From Lingula anatina (Eukaryota; Animalia; Brachiopoda), in NCBI GenBank assembly GCA_051362555.1, contig CM120646.1, positions 20,522,001 to 20,586,000 of the forward strand: 64,000 bases of DNA. The letters run 5' to 3'. Positions 25,101 to 38,600 of this stretch are shown in pieces. Position 1 is the stretch's first letter. The number at the start of each line of letters is the position of its first letter. Position numbers and translations under genes: made by a program. The notes beneath the pieces are model-generated. The model saw nothing but the letters and a program-made list of their open reading frames with translations, was not told where the DNA came from and did no database searches.

Positions 25101-26845
25101 TTGGACATCCAGCGGGTCTTGCTTATTTTGTGGCAAGGAATTGTAATTTAGGTTAACATCGAAACTAGTATAAAGTCAAACGCAAGCCTATAGTAAATGC
25201 CCAACGTCAATGGTCCAGAAAAAAGCAAATAAAACCATATACACATACATTCAATATAATGGGGCACTAACAATTTACAGTAACAAATTAACAGTTCATT
25301 TGCCGGCAAAAGAGATGAACTATCGAAAACATTTCTCCACAATATTACCAAAGCCCATAAAATACACCATCTTCAGCCTGAGACAAATAAAATCATGTCA
25401 TATAATCTGCATCAAACTCAAAAATATACCGTACCAAAATCGAGAACTATCAAATTTTCAAAGACCCTAATTCCATAGGAACTGAACACTTTAAAGAACT
25501 AACCCAACTTTATAGTGCGTTTTTAATGAAATGTATTTTTAAATATCCTCAAAGCACCATATGTTTTATGTGTTCATTTGAGACAATTTTCCAACGCTTA
25601 CCAATAGATTTTTCTGGGGTAAACAACAATTTTCTCATATTTACCAATGATAAATAAATCCGTTCCAACAAACGTTAGTCATGCAGCAGCATATCGTCTT
25701 CTAATTACCTAATACCGCAATTATTTCCGATCATCTTTGAAAGTCAGTTCATGTGTTTTGTCTAACGAGATTAATTCGCTTTTCTTTTGGGTGAGTCATT
25801 GCATTAGAATTATCGTGCTTAGATGTTGATTTGGGAATGTGACTGTGTAATAAAAGTCACAACTTCTGCACATGACAGTGCACGTCTTGCCAGACAAATA
25901 TGTAGCAGAACCTATGTAACGTGACAGAGTCCCTCGAGATAGAGAGTCCGCTTCCCATTCATTGTATTGGTAAGATTCGCGCTAAATTTTGGCCCACTTA
26001 GGCCAGGCTAACCCCAACCATTTTAAGTAAATCAAGGGCGAACTTTCTGTTACACGAACCCTCGGTTTCGTTACACTGGCACGACCGCTTACCTTATAAT
26101 ATAATTCCAAATGTGTAATTATGCAGCCTATTTACTTATTAATGTGTAGCTTATTTATTTATGTAACGATGAAGTTAGTTGTATATGTCCGATGATTGTA
26201 CCTTATTTGTGAAGGTACAGGCTATATGAATAAAGAAACCTGACTTTATATAGCAGTAAACTCTTAATTGTGTCTTGATTTCAAAATGCACGGCCATGAA
26301 ACAAGTGTTACAGACTTTGCGTTTCGGTCAACTCGACAAATTATTGACCCTCAGCTGTGATAATTTGACCTCATCCAAAGTCAATAATTATATTTTATTA
26401 TCATTTCAGTTAGTCAAAAAATCTCAAATATGGTGTTCCTCGGGTGTTGGAGCGGGGTCCGGTACTTTTCGCTCTATGTCTCCCCCCTCCCCCTACTAGA
26501 AGTTGGTTGCCAATTCGGCAAACGATTTCATGTCTTTCAGTCCCAATCGAAATTACCCAACTCCAACTTTCAGCTTCGACAATTTTTAACTGAAAAGCCT
26601 TACACAAGTCGAACAACAAATAATCCTGATTGCAAAATAATAATAATTATAATAATAGATATATAACATAAGTAAACTGATACAATCTTAGGAAATTGAC
26701 AATCAAACTAAAGCTATTAAAATGCACACGTGTTTGGCGTACCTTCATCAGTCGCCGCAAGGTGTATCGAGCATACTACCAGCAACGGAACCATGGCTAG
26801 AGAAATCTTCATGCTGGAGGAAGGTTCTTCGTTTCGCAAATGCAT
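22152..26845 (-). CDS. Uncharacterised secreted cysteine-containing protein, ~218 aa, resembling a TGF-beta-family prodomain without the mature domain
   Basis: Exons 26743-26845 (MHLRNEEPSSS-MKISLAMVPLLVVCSIHLAATDE, signal peptide; alternative ATG 26812; phase 1), 24242-24376 (phase 1-1, tag/gtaagt), 22152-22570 (phase 1, cag acceptor, 139 codons to TAG). Total 657 nt, in frame. AATAAA on minus strand at 21934-21939. The gene model is well supported; the family call is tentative. Confidence 0.75.
22749..22816. repeat. (ATATT)n microsatellite
   Basis: Direct reading; produces the spurious YYIIL-repeat ORF. Confidence 0.9.
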
Positions 26846-28697
26846 CGTTGTGTCTAATTTTGCGTGTATTTATACTATTTGTGACGCATGCACGTTCACA
26901 ATTTCATTCCAGTCGTCACCAGTGCATTGTGGATGTTGTGGTGCATACAAGGATGTGAGTGAGACATAAAATTATGGCCAGCCTTGTTTCTCGGAAAAGA
27001 TTTATTGGAAATCTTGCTTTCAAAGTTGCATAAAAAGTTTTTTTTTACGAAAGTTGTTATTAAACAGTGTCCCGGTAAGTTGAACATACAAAGTTAGGAG
27101 TGCAAGAAAAGTTACCTAACTGCCGTCTTTTAGATGGGGAGGGGGGTGCATTGCTTTTGCCAAAAATTGAGATTTTGTTTTTTTTCTTTTCAATCGCCCC
27201 TTATACATATGAAATAAAGTTATTCATGCTATTTCGTTTAAAATAAAGATTTTTTAATTAAGTGAATAAATCAATGATTAAAACCGATGGTTCATTCATG
27301 GCAAATAGATGCAAACAATCATGTGTCGGTTTGCTTTAAATTTCATCTTGATTGGCGTAGTGAAAGTGGTTTGGTAAACCATTACAAAACACTCCAAACT
27401 GAGACGGCGTCAAAAGAGCTGAGGCCGTATTCTCGAAAGTTTTCGATTTCGATTTTTTTTTTCGTTTTCGATAGCTTCGAGAGAACCCTCCTGGACTAGC
27501 AGAATTAAGCCTAATGTGATCATTTTCATATTCAATCTAGAATTTTCATTGATTGCTTAGGAACATATCGAAAACACTAATTTTCTTTATTAAAAGTCTT
27601 AGATTGAAAACCATTGAAGAAAGGACAAATTTCATGTTTTTTGTTGATACACTAAAAACTGGAAAACATGGAAATTTAAGATATCGTTTGTGGTCCTTAT
27701 TAGAAACCACAATGGCAGTGACAAGAACGGTGGAGAATTCGCTGAAACAGAAAATTGCGTTTTGTCGACAAAGCTATCGTGTCTGTTACATAATAACAGA
27801 AATTTGAGAACAGGGCTTTTAGTGAAAATATACTTATCTCCATTATAAGAGCGAGTGAAAAACGAGAAACTTAATTCTTTCTCAAAAACGGGATGGGTTG
27901 CAACAAGTAGAAGGGTGCCTTGGGTAAAGTTTACCTTGATGGTTTTGTAAGGGGGAATGTTGAAATTTCTAGGAAAAGTCGATGGTTTGCAACCGCACCG
28001 CATTTTGTATTGAATATCATGCCTGGATTTCGATCTCAACCGTTAATTAGACATAAAAAACCTACTAATTGAAAGGTGTAACCATGAAGGTGGGATCGGT
28101 TTGGGGGGGGGGGGGGGGACAAGTGTTGTATTATAGAACTCGTTTTATAGAACAAAATGATTAGAAATAAAACGAAAGAGAAAAAATCAAAGAAAATGCC
28201 TCGATGTCGTGTAACCTTGCTTAAAATTTATTTATTTGTTTGTTTGTTCATTTATTAGATAAAAAAGAACTGTAGTTAAGGGTTGTAAACCGACCAAGAC
28301 GTTCCATCCACACCAAAGTCCAGCATAAACATACATGTTTCTTAGTCGATTAAAATAAAGTAACCACCGGTGTAAAACATCAACCAGTTTCTCTTATCTA
28401 TTTAAAACGGGTCACTAATCATCACATGTAGACTATTACTGATTGAACGTGGGACACTGAAGACGAAAACCATTTCTATTTCATGTTCTTTTGCGAACGT
28501 ACACACAGACACGAATGACCTTCTTGGGTAAATCATTGAAAGAAGTTGTACCAAGGAAGAAAACAACAGTTTATAAGACCTACAAGTGAAAAACTGAGGA
28601 ATTTGATTAAATTTCATACCATAGCGTGGACCTCACAGTGGATAATTGTGTCATGAATTATAGATAGATATCTGCGAATATCTAGTGGAAAACCTAT

Positions 28698-28872
28698 CCT
28701 GTCCCGTAGCCATCAATTTCCAAGCGGGGTATTTTTTTTTTTTTTTGAAAAAAAGTGGATCTTTTACCATGAAACCAGTACCTGTACCTAGATCAAATTT
28801 TCCCAGATCGGACATTTTTTCGGCAGAAAAGGGAAGTTCGTTCAATACGAAGCCCCCTGGTTATGGGCATGA
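28698..28872. mobile_element. ~175-bp MITE-like repeat, family A copy 1
   Basis: Ends cctgtcccgtagcca / tggttatgggcatg; internal aaaagtggatctttt...ctagatcaaattttcccagatcggac shared with 41263-41443 and 57800-57974. Confidence 0.65.
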
Positions 28873-30275
28873 TATCTGTGGCCCTGGTAGAGAGTAGGAG
28901 TTTCAAATGTCTTGCAATAGAATGCCTAATTACACCGTATTGCAATGATATTGTAGCTGTCCCATTGTGGCCATCGGGGAAGAAGCCAACGCCATATATT
29001 CAACCTGAATTTCCCTACAGACAGGTGGGATATTAGAAGATGTATGGAAACAATATATTATTTATTATGTGTTTATCTAACATTGACATTACTACGTACA
29101 TGTATGTTATCATTTTAGAAATTATCGTAAGATCTTCAGAACTCTTAACTATGATTAAGTTGCTGCATACACTAGGCTAAGACAGGACAAATGTGCGTCG
29201 CAATGAAATCGATATATCACTCTTTTCGACGCTTAACGTTTTCAGATTGTATACCGAATCAGTTCCCGACGCCGAAGTAACAGAGGTATCACTACATATA
29301 CTCAAACGTTTGAACCCATGGTTACAATTTCTTTTCAACATCACGTTGTCTCTCAGCACGGGCTTCGCCGCCATCATCCAAACTTTCAAGATATAGAAAT
29401 TGGTACGGGAGGGGTGGGGGTGTTCTACCACCTCTTTATAATTTCAGAATATATGTACCATTTGAAAATAAAACCCACGGGCAATAAAAAATAAAACGTT
29501 TATTATTTCTTCTTCTTAGAAGTGAGATACATATATATAGAAACAATTAAAAATACATAGCATATATGAAACATTTGGCAGGATTTGTGAATGACTGAAC
29601 AAACAAGAACCATAATTCCCAACCATAAACATGCGACCTAATTATGGAAATCCAATTTAATACCGATATCCTTTTACGTCATCTCAAACTACCAACAAAT
29701 CAGTCTTGCGTAAGAGAAAGAAAATGATTTACAAGGGATCTGGCAGTTTGCGGTAATATCCCCGACTAAAATGTCACAAGGCAATCTTGGTAGCATTGAG
29801 AAAATTGCCGGAAAACGATTAGACTGGTTATCCGCCTCCCCGCAAATATAATCTCAAAACGAAGGCAAAAACAAACATGAGGAAATGCTTTGCTCTTGGA
29901 CAGAATAAATGCTGAAATGATCACAATTTAAGTCACCAGATGCTAATTTTCGTTTCATTGGGTCACTTCGACCTCGACAGATCTGAAACTAAACTAATCC
30001 TTTGTTTTCACTCCAATACCTACTTGCACCATGAATACCACTTAAAAACGGTGAAAATATTCATACTTGTTTAGGCCTGCTTATTTCATCACAATCTTCC
30101 AATAAATACGATACAGATAACAATAGTTATCATATAATTTGTACATGAGACAGACACAGAATAATGATACGCAAAGACATTCATACTTTTTAGGCACCAT
30201 TTCTGAATTCTAAGAAAACACCTTATAAACCCGGATTAACATTTGTCGCAAAAAATTAAAACCATGTGCCTTGCC

Positions 30276-30278
<3 letters not shown>

Positions 30279-30348
<70 letters not shown>
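30279..30348. repeat. (TA)n microsatellite
   Basis: Direct reading. Confidence 0.92.
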
Positions 30349-30352
<4 letters not shown>

Positions 30353-32036
30353 CAAACTCTACATTTTAAATTTGTTCGACGTTGTTAATTTCCGCAAGGT
30401 TGTCGCAGTGAAAAAATATCAAAAGGTTTTTTTTTTCTTTAATGAAACAAAAAAAAAAAAAAAACAAAAACTTCAGGACATCTATACACCTTAGTGCTGC
30501 TTTACATCATATACTTATTTTACGTATGTCTAAATATACACCAGCCTAAAATAACTCTGTGCGAAAGAGATCCATAAATCAGAAATAATAAGGGTCTCTG
30601 GCCGCAATATATTAAAGTTGAACCACTGCGTTCGGAGGCGTTCCACAGATAAACAAATACCACTAATAAAAAACCCTGATACCACACAACCAAAGACACA
30701 TGCTTGGCCATTGTCAACAGTTGGTGGCGGAGGACAGAACCAAGAAACACAAGGAAATGGATAATGCTCTCGAAAAATGTGGCTTATATTCATAACCCTG
30801 CCCCCCACCTCCCCAAACTCAAACATCACATAGGCGGGAATCCCAACCGGAACATCACCACAAAAACTAGACAACAATGTTCTATTAGACTAAATAAATA
30901 AATAAAAAAAATTTCATCAGCCGCTGAGGTGGCCAGCCACTACAGCAGTTCAGCGTGAGATGTTCAGCGCTCGTGTTCCGGTAAACTATCGTTTAAAAGA
31001 AGGTAAAGACCACTTACTCATTAAATACATGTCACTAATCACGAACTCTTCCAAAAAAAAAAAAATAATAATAATAAAATAAATAAAATAAAACTAATAG
31101 TTTACAGTGGAGTTAGTTTAAATGCTGGTACTCATGATTTGCAATAACTCAATAGTAACCAAATACAGTTAACTGGTCGGTGATCAGTGAACCGTGCTGT
31201 TGACGAGTCGCTAAGTAGATCTAATGCATCATCTTGTTTCATAATCTACGCAACAACAACTTAATCTGCGTCACTAATGGTAAACATGCACTAACAATTG
31301 GAAACATTATCATTCAGTATAAAAAAAAAGCTCCAAAAAGGATCCTTTGTGAAGAAATATTTAGTTATCAACATTGCACTCTTTCTCTACTAACACAAAA
31401 CTTCTTTTCTAAACTTTCTGTAAGTGCACAGTGGCCGTCAGGTGTTGATTGATCTCTCGTTTGCGGGAAAGGGAAATACGTAACAGGAACGCTGCTCAAA
31501 CGTGGTTTTACCTTCGCCTCCAATAATGCCACAAAAAATAATTTATATAATAAGATTTTGACAAAGCATTGATTATTACCCTTCCATGCCTCTACATTTC
31601 AGACAAACATGTAAAAGCAGTCTACTTCATTTCCCCACAAATTCTCTTGGAAGATCTCATATTCACTCTTTTCATTAAGCCTGGCATCTTCCTGCCATTT
31701 AAATAAATGGTTTTATGACCACAAATGATTCTTCTTTCTGTTTCACTAGCATCACCATAAACAGTAGCTATCATTCTGCAAATTGAATTGTTTCATAAAA
31801 AATAATCTTTCCCTGCTTAAATAAATAAATATGAAGATAATTGTCCAAAGAATGATCTTTCACAAAGGCAACATTGACATGGACGAAAATTTAGAACTGC
31901 TACTGGCCATTCAAATTAAGCGTTATACAGCCCTTATGCAAACTAATGAAATCCTACAACATAGAAAGTTTTCATTTTCCCACAGGCACAACTGTTTTGT
32001 TTGGGTTAAAAAAAAAGAGGGGAGGGGGCGGTATTT

Positions 32037-32610
32037 TTATATTGATGGCGCCAGGGGTATAACGCCTATCCCAACACCCCCGGCATGGGCGCACATTGGG
32101 GACACGAAGGTCCAGCAGTTTGTGTTTGGGTCATAAACCTCCACAGAGCTGAGGTTGGACACACCATCGTACCCTCCAATGGCGTACAGTTTCCCACAGT
32201 TTGCCGCCAGTGCTACACGACTGCGCTTTATATTCATGGGCGCCACTTTGGTCCATTGGTTGGTCACTGGGTCGTAACATTCCACAGATTTTAGAAATAC
32301 TGAGCCGTCATATCCACCACATACGTAGAGCTTCCCGTTCAAAGCAGCCACCCCTAGTCTACAGCGCTTGGTTAACATGGGCGCCACCTGTGTCCATGTT
32401 CCCGTCAGTGGATTGAAACACTCCACCTAAAAATAAAAAAATATGCCATCATTGCCTTCATATGTCAGTCACTTTTTAGTATGTGTGTGTGTGTGTTTGT
32501 GTACAATGTATATTGAACAATTCCATAAAAAGAACAGCTATTTATCTACCCTGACTTTTTTACACATGACAGTGAAACTGTCTGAATAGAAAAGTAGCTG
32601 TTATTTTTGG

Positions 32611-32651
<41 letters not shown>

Positions 32652-35600
32652 CGGGGGTGGGGGTGGGGGGTTATGCTGTACTAGCCGAATTCAGATTCAA
32701 CACTTTTTGCCAAGTTTTGAGATCCACCTCTGACATTCAATCAGCAACTCATCGTCCATGTTGCAGCGACCAGCCACAAAGAGAACACGAAACCCTGCCC
32801 CTTATGGTGTTACTGGCACGTGTTACTCACAGAATCAAATATGGACAGTCCGTCGTGACCTCCCAAGGCGTAAATTTGTGTGTCAAAGGTGGTCACTCCA
32901 GCCGCACTCCGGTGCTTGGTCATATTAGAAACCATATTCCATCTGAAACAGTTATAAAATATTTATTAATCTAACTGTAGTGGTTTAAATTACATTCTTT
33001 CGATAAGTTATTTAAGTTTACTTATTATTAAAATGCACATTGTTAAATTTATATAGCAGGCAACTCTCCGATGGAAATATGAAATTTTGTGTTCATATCA
33101 TACTTACGTGTTTGTGTCTGGATCGTAACATTCCACTGAGCTCAGGGACCCTACTCCATCATAGCCTCCACACACATACAATTTGCTGTCAACTGTTGCT
33201 ACGCCAAGAGCACTGAAATAAACAAGATAGATTGAAAAAATAAACAAAAACTTACAGATGCAGTTGAGGGTTTATTTTGCCATTATTCCCACTTCTTTAA
33301 ACCTGCCGTTGGTTTTCAATAAAATCGAAAATACAAAATACATCATACCATCTTACTGAAAATACAAGTAATTGTTAAACTACTGTTAAAATGTACAGTA
33401 GGTTGCAAATGGTTGACCTGTCATGAAAACTTTGCTTCTCACTATTTGATCAGATCGAAAATCACCTTTCTAATTAGGTATACTGAGTATCGGGGCAATC
33501 CAAACCCCCCCCCCCCCCCCCCCCACCACGAACAAATCCTCCTTGTAATGAATATAAAATTGAGAATAAACAATGTGGTATTGACAAAAATTATGCTAAC
33601 TGCCTTTAATAAAAATTCATCCCCAGGGAGAGGATGGATAAACAGATAATCTCACTTATCAAGGTACCCCTTACATGAACAGAGCTAACTGCCACCTATA
33701 ATTGTTTCCCCCCCCCCCTCCGAAATAAATAAATAAATAATGACTTTCAATACTTTGTTTTCTCATTCCAGTTTCATTCATTTTATTTACTTAACCTGCT
33801 ATTCAGAGATCTCACTAACAATCAAATGAAATGCAAATGAACTGATAAAATGACATTTGTTCACTTTAAGAAAAATTGAAAAAATTGTACTTTTTATTTG
33901 ATTAAAAACAACTGTAATGGCAATTACATTTAAGGTATGTTAAAGTGAGCCTTTTGAACCTTGTAATAAACTGTGTAAAGATGAATCCAAACAAGCCCCA
34001 CCTCACTGCTGACTGACATACATCCTGTTTATATCTAATAACCTGGCAGCAGTAGATAATACCACAAATCTCCTGCTACAGTACCTACAGTAAACTTACC
34101 TGACACTGAACACAAAGGGGTTGAACTCCCAAGACCAAAGTAGGTGGAGATCAATGATAATCTTGACATTTTGTCTCTTTGGGTGCTTTCCCAGAGATTT
34201 AGATCGATCTAAAGATTAAGTTTTAGATCGACCTAACTCCCTGGGGGTTCACGCTAAATTGCAGTCAGCCGAGTGGGCACCAGAGTTAATTACCCCCTTA
34301 CAGCATTTAGTAGGCGGGACAGACGTTTAAGCCGGCCAAGCTGACAGTAATCTAGTGAGACTCCCCACAGGGATAGATCGATCTAAAAATCTATGGAAAT
34401 GGGGCATTTCACACCAGTTTTGGACCTATTTAAAATGACAAGTGAACCTAAAACCTATGAACTTATCTTATGAGCTTTCTTTGTCTCAAATGTGCCCATG
34501 AAATATAGAATAGATGCTGAGCTTATAATTAATTTTGCCCAGATTTGGGGAGTTGAAAGCAGCACACCAAATTTGGCAGAAAGGGGAAATCACGATCCAC
34601 GGCTTTGGTCACAAACAGTTCTCTTCATACAAAAAGATAAGGCTGCCTTCAATGGTATGTATTTTCTTACCTCCTTTTACTAGTCATGGGTGCTACAAGC
34701 TTCCAGTGTCTCAAAACTGGGTCAAAAACTTCAACTGTTTGTAGCCTCTCCTGGCCGTCATAGCCTCCAATTGCATACAACTGCCCTGAAATGTTATAAA
34801 TTGTAATATTACTGTACACCTGTGATACTGAATAAATGAGCTTTTTTCTAAGAGGGAAGAAGGTTATGATTTTATCAGAAAGTATATGTTGGTCAGCTTG
34901 TTTGTTTGTGTATAAAATATTTCTTCACAAATTTTGTACTTAGCTGACAAAGGCAGAGGAGATGCATACAAACTGACTTCTAACTGCACAAAAACTTCCC
35001 TTGGCAAGCAAACTTTAATACCAAACAAGGAAAAATAATCAAATAAATATGTAAAACTAATCAAGAAATTTGCACACAACCAAAAGCAAGGGTAAATGTA
35101 TTATTATCGTAAAGCTTCAAAACTGCCTCACAGGACAGGACAGATGTGACGTTCATATTGGGGTTTTCAAACGGTGACAATCTTGATGACACTGGGTAAT
35201 TGCGAAATTATCTCTTATCAAATTCAAAAGTATACCATGTTGATGAAATTTTCTGTCTGAATGTCTGTTAGCAGGCAAAATGTCTCAAAAAGTCCTTCAC
35301 AAAACAAAATTAGATAAGTAAATTGAAAATTGATCAGGATAGACAATTATGCAGGAGAGAAAGAGGTGATTTCAATTTCAATTAAATGTGGGTCTTCGAA
35401 TGATTTAAATAATTTTTAATGCCTTTTTTCTTGTAAGCAGTACTGACCTTTAGTTTTAGCTGCTATTATTTTTAAAACATTATCTATGTCACTACCTAAT
35501 GCCTGGAAAAGACTAAATGAACTCATCTTCTGTTTATTAAGACAGGGATTGATTTTATGACAAGGAATGACCCAGGTTTAGTCACATAATGTCGAATTCA

Positions 35601-38600
35601 ATGAAGAAAAACAACTATCAGATATCATCTTTCATAAGTGTACAGTGAAATATCTTGCAAACAGGAGATTGAAAATGCTGTCTTCAGTTGATGTGAATTT
35701 GATTAAAAACCCCACTGGTTTCCTTTCAGGATATAAACTAGACAGCAGGATTGAGAAATGTAGAGAAATAAAACAAATAAAGTAAATGTATGCTGAAAAG
35801 AGGCTATGTGAAAAAGATCTTCAGCAATTTCCACTGCAATACAAAATACTGAATAAATTCCGATATATTCAATTTAACCATTCTAAATTAGATGAAAGAA
35901 AGAGAGACAGGCTGTGAAGAACATTGGAGAAGAGAAGCTGAAACCAAGACTTGGGATGTATTGAAACCAACTAGAGAGGACAGCTCAAAACAGGGAGTGA
36001 CAGAAGGATCTTGAGTATGCTCCAAGAGGGGCAATAGGTATAACTAAGGAAATACTAACCTAATTTTCTAACACTTTTTGCAATACAAAGATTCCAAGAA
36101 ATTTCTTGGTAAAACAAAAATATGGTCTGGAATAATGAGGTGAATGGTAAAGAAATATATGCGAAATATCAGGACATGTGTAATGTGCTATTATGTGGAA
36201 CTGACTGGCAGCCCAGTTTTGAGTTACGACTCAACAACGAAAGGTGTCCCTTCAACCCTGTTTCTAGGACACATTTCACCATCTTGAACTGCCACTCCCA
36301 CACTGCTTCTATAACACAACTTACCATCTAGAACTGCCACTCCCACCCTGCTTCTATAACACAACTTACCATCTAGAACTGCCACTCCCACCCTGCTTCT
36401 ATAACACAACTTACCATCTAGAACTGCCACTCCCACCCTGCTTCTATAACACAACTTACCATCTAGAACTGCCACTCCCACCCTGCTTCTGAGAGTGCTC
36501 ATGGGTTCAGCTAATGTCCATCGGCCCACAATGGGATCAAAACTCTCTACTGTGCTTAATGAGTCTCCTGAAAGATGACATAATAGGTTTTAACTTGTTA
36601 CATCCCCATTCAGTGCTTAAGCACTTAGCAAAATCAGAAACATATATTCATTCAGAACTTACTGAACTTGGAAAGTGTGAATCTTACATATGAATATTTC
36701 TCAGAAACCGATATGTAAAATTTTGATAATGAAAATAAAGCTGGACAGTTCTCTTTAGATTGTACTTCCTTCTATATCTTAGGAAATGTGCTTCTGCTAT
36801 CAAATAAAGTTTTTTAAAACATAAAACTGTAAAAAAAAAAAAAAAAGAAGTTCAACTACTCACCAGACGAGGTCAGCCCTCCAACAGCATAAATAATGCC
36901 AACAATATCTGTGCAGCAACGTGGACGCGTCTTGAAAGTTTGCAAATGTGGGCGTCTCTCTGGCATCAGGTGAAAATCTTTGGCTTCATCCAGTAAATCT
37001 CTGCAAATAAAAGAGTCGTTAGTTTGCAAATCTGTGACATTTTTAAGTCTAAGATATATCTGTCAGTAAATGTTTTAATATTCACAATGAGCATTAGAAC
37101 CTTGTATTGGATTTTTTTTTTTAATTCTGACACTTTTCCTTTTATCAACATGATACAGACTCAAGATATCCTTCAATTGTATCCCTTAAATTCTTCCATA
37201 AAATTAATACAGATGAACTCCTTTGAGTACTAATCAACTGAAATTGGCTCTCTTTTACAGAAAACATAAGAAATGGCAGTTGCTATATTTCAATTTACTT
37301 CAGTAGTTACGTGTCTGTACATAAAAAGTCCTCATTTCTCTCTCATCTCCGAGACAAATGAAACCCAACAAGCTTTAAGTCAAAAAGAAAAATGAGAGAC
37401 ATCATTGTCATAGTATACCCAGGTAACCATCAATGTTACAGCTGCATTACTATCAGAGGAGAATCAGGACTTGTTAAATTAGTGTCTTTATATATTCATG
37501 TTCAATAATAAATTATTTTCTGCATAAATAAGATTATTTTTATGTACTTTATCACTATTCCCATGCTGCAATAAATCTTTCACATCCTCATTAAAGGCTC
37601 AACAGATTTTTGTCCTCCTTCTGAAAAAAAGTAAATCACCCTATCGTAATACATTTAGTGAAATATATGGAGTCCCTTTCTTATTAAGTTATCCCAGATT
37701 TGAAAACAAGACCATGAAACATAATTAATGTTTTTCAGAAATTGAGGTCAAGCCATGTGTTAACTGCGTGTCATCATAAAGTTCTACCTGCACCTAAAGA
37801 AGAAGAAGTGCTTCATCTGACTGACAACTTAAAGGGATATAGTCCATAAGGTCTGGAAGGAAAATCTGATTAGAAATGAACATGCTGTTCCATAAAAATA
37901 TTTGCCATTCAATAAAATCTTTGGAGTGTTATAAATCCCAGATATCCTAATTTAATTACTTTAGGGTCTGTTTACTTCATATTCTATGCCAATATGCCAT
38001 GATTTGAACATTTAGACTGGAACTTTTTTCCTATCAATGTGGTAAGTTGGCCAGCCAAAAGAGGCAGTCAAATTGACACCTATACCCTACACCCTCTAAA
38101 ATACTGTGGACCCCCCCCCTAGAATATTCCTGGATCCGCCCTGAAAGATTATTTCAGCAGGTAGCCAGCTGTAAAGGTCACATGGTATGATGGCCAGCAC
38201 AGATTCCAAAACATTTGTGATAACCATTGTTTTGGTGACAAAATAAAATTTATTACATTTCTGTGAGTTGTTTACAATGCATTTAATGTGAAATATGGAT
38301 CTTATTGGAAAAGTTATTTCTTTAAATATAGTGGACAGTGTTTTCATGTTTCAACTCCTCAATCATATAGGCTAAGAGGAGACGAGGACTTTACAAACAA
38401 AGGCAAGAAGCTGATGGGTTGTCATGCCCGCCTTCTTTTCTTGCAAAAAAATGTAGGGATAATGAAAAACTAAATATTGCACTGCTGTATCATCAACCTT
38501 CCAAAGTTACCACAAAAATCACGACACGGATAAATAAAATATTTTTAGGGCAAATGTTGCTGCTGTGGCCATTTATACATGTAGTTTTATTATTATTTTA

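Noticed and set aside
26410-26619. 69-aa minus-strand ORF as an extra exon of the secreted gene
   Set aside because: The phase-1 frame from the nearest acceptor is closed and no suitable donor was found.
36266-36490. CRISPR-like array
   Set aside because: Units are contiguous with no unique spacers, overlap a eukaryotic exon, and no cas genes are present.
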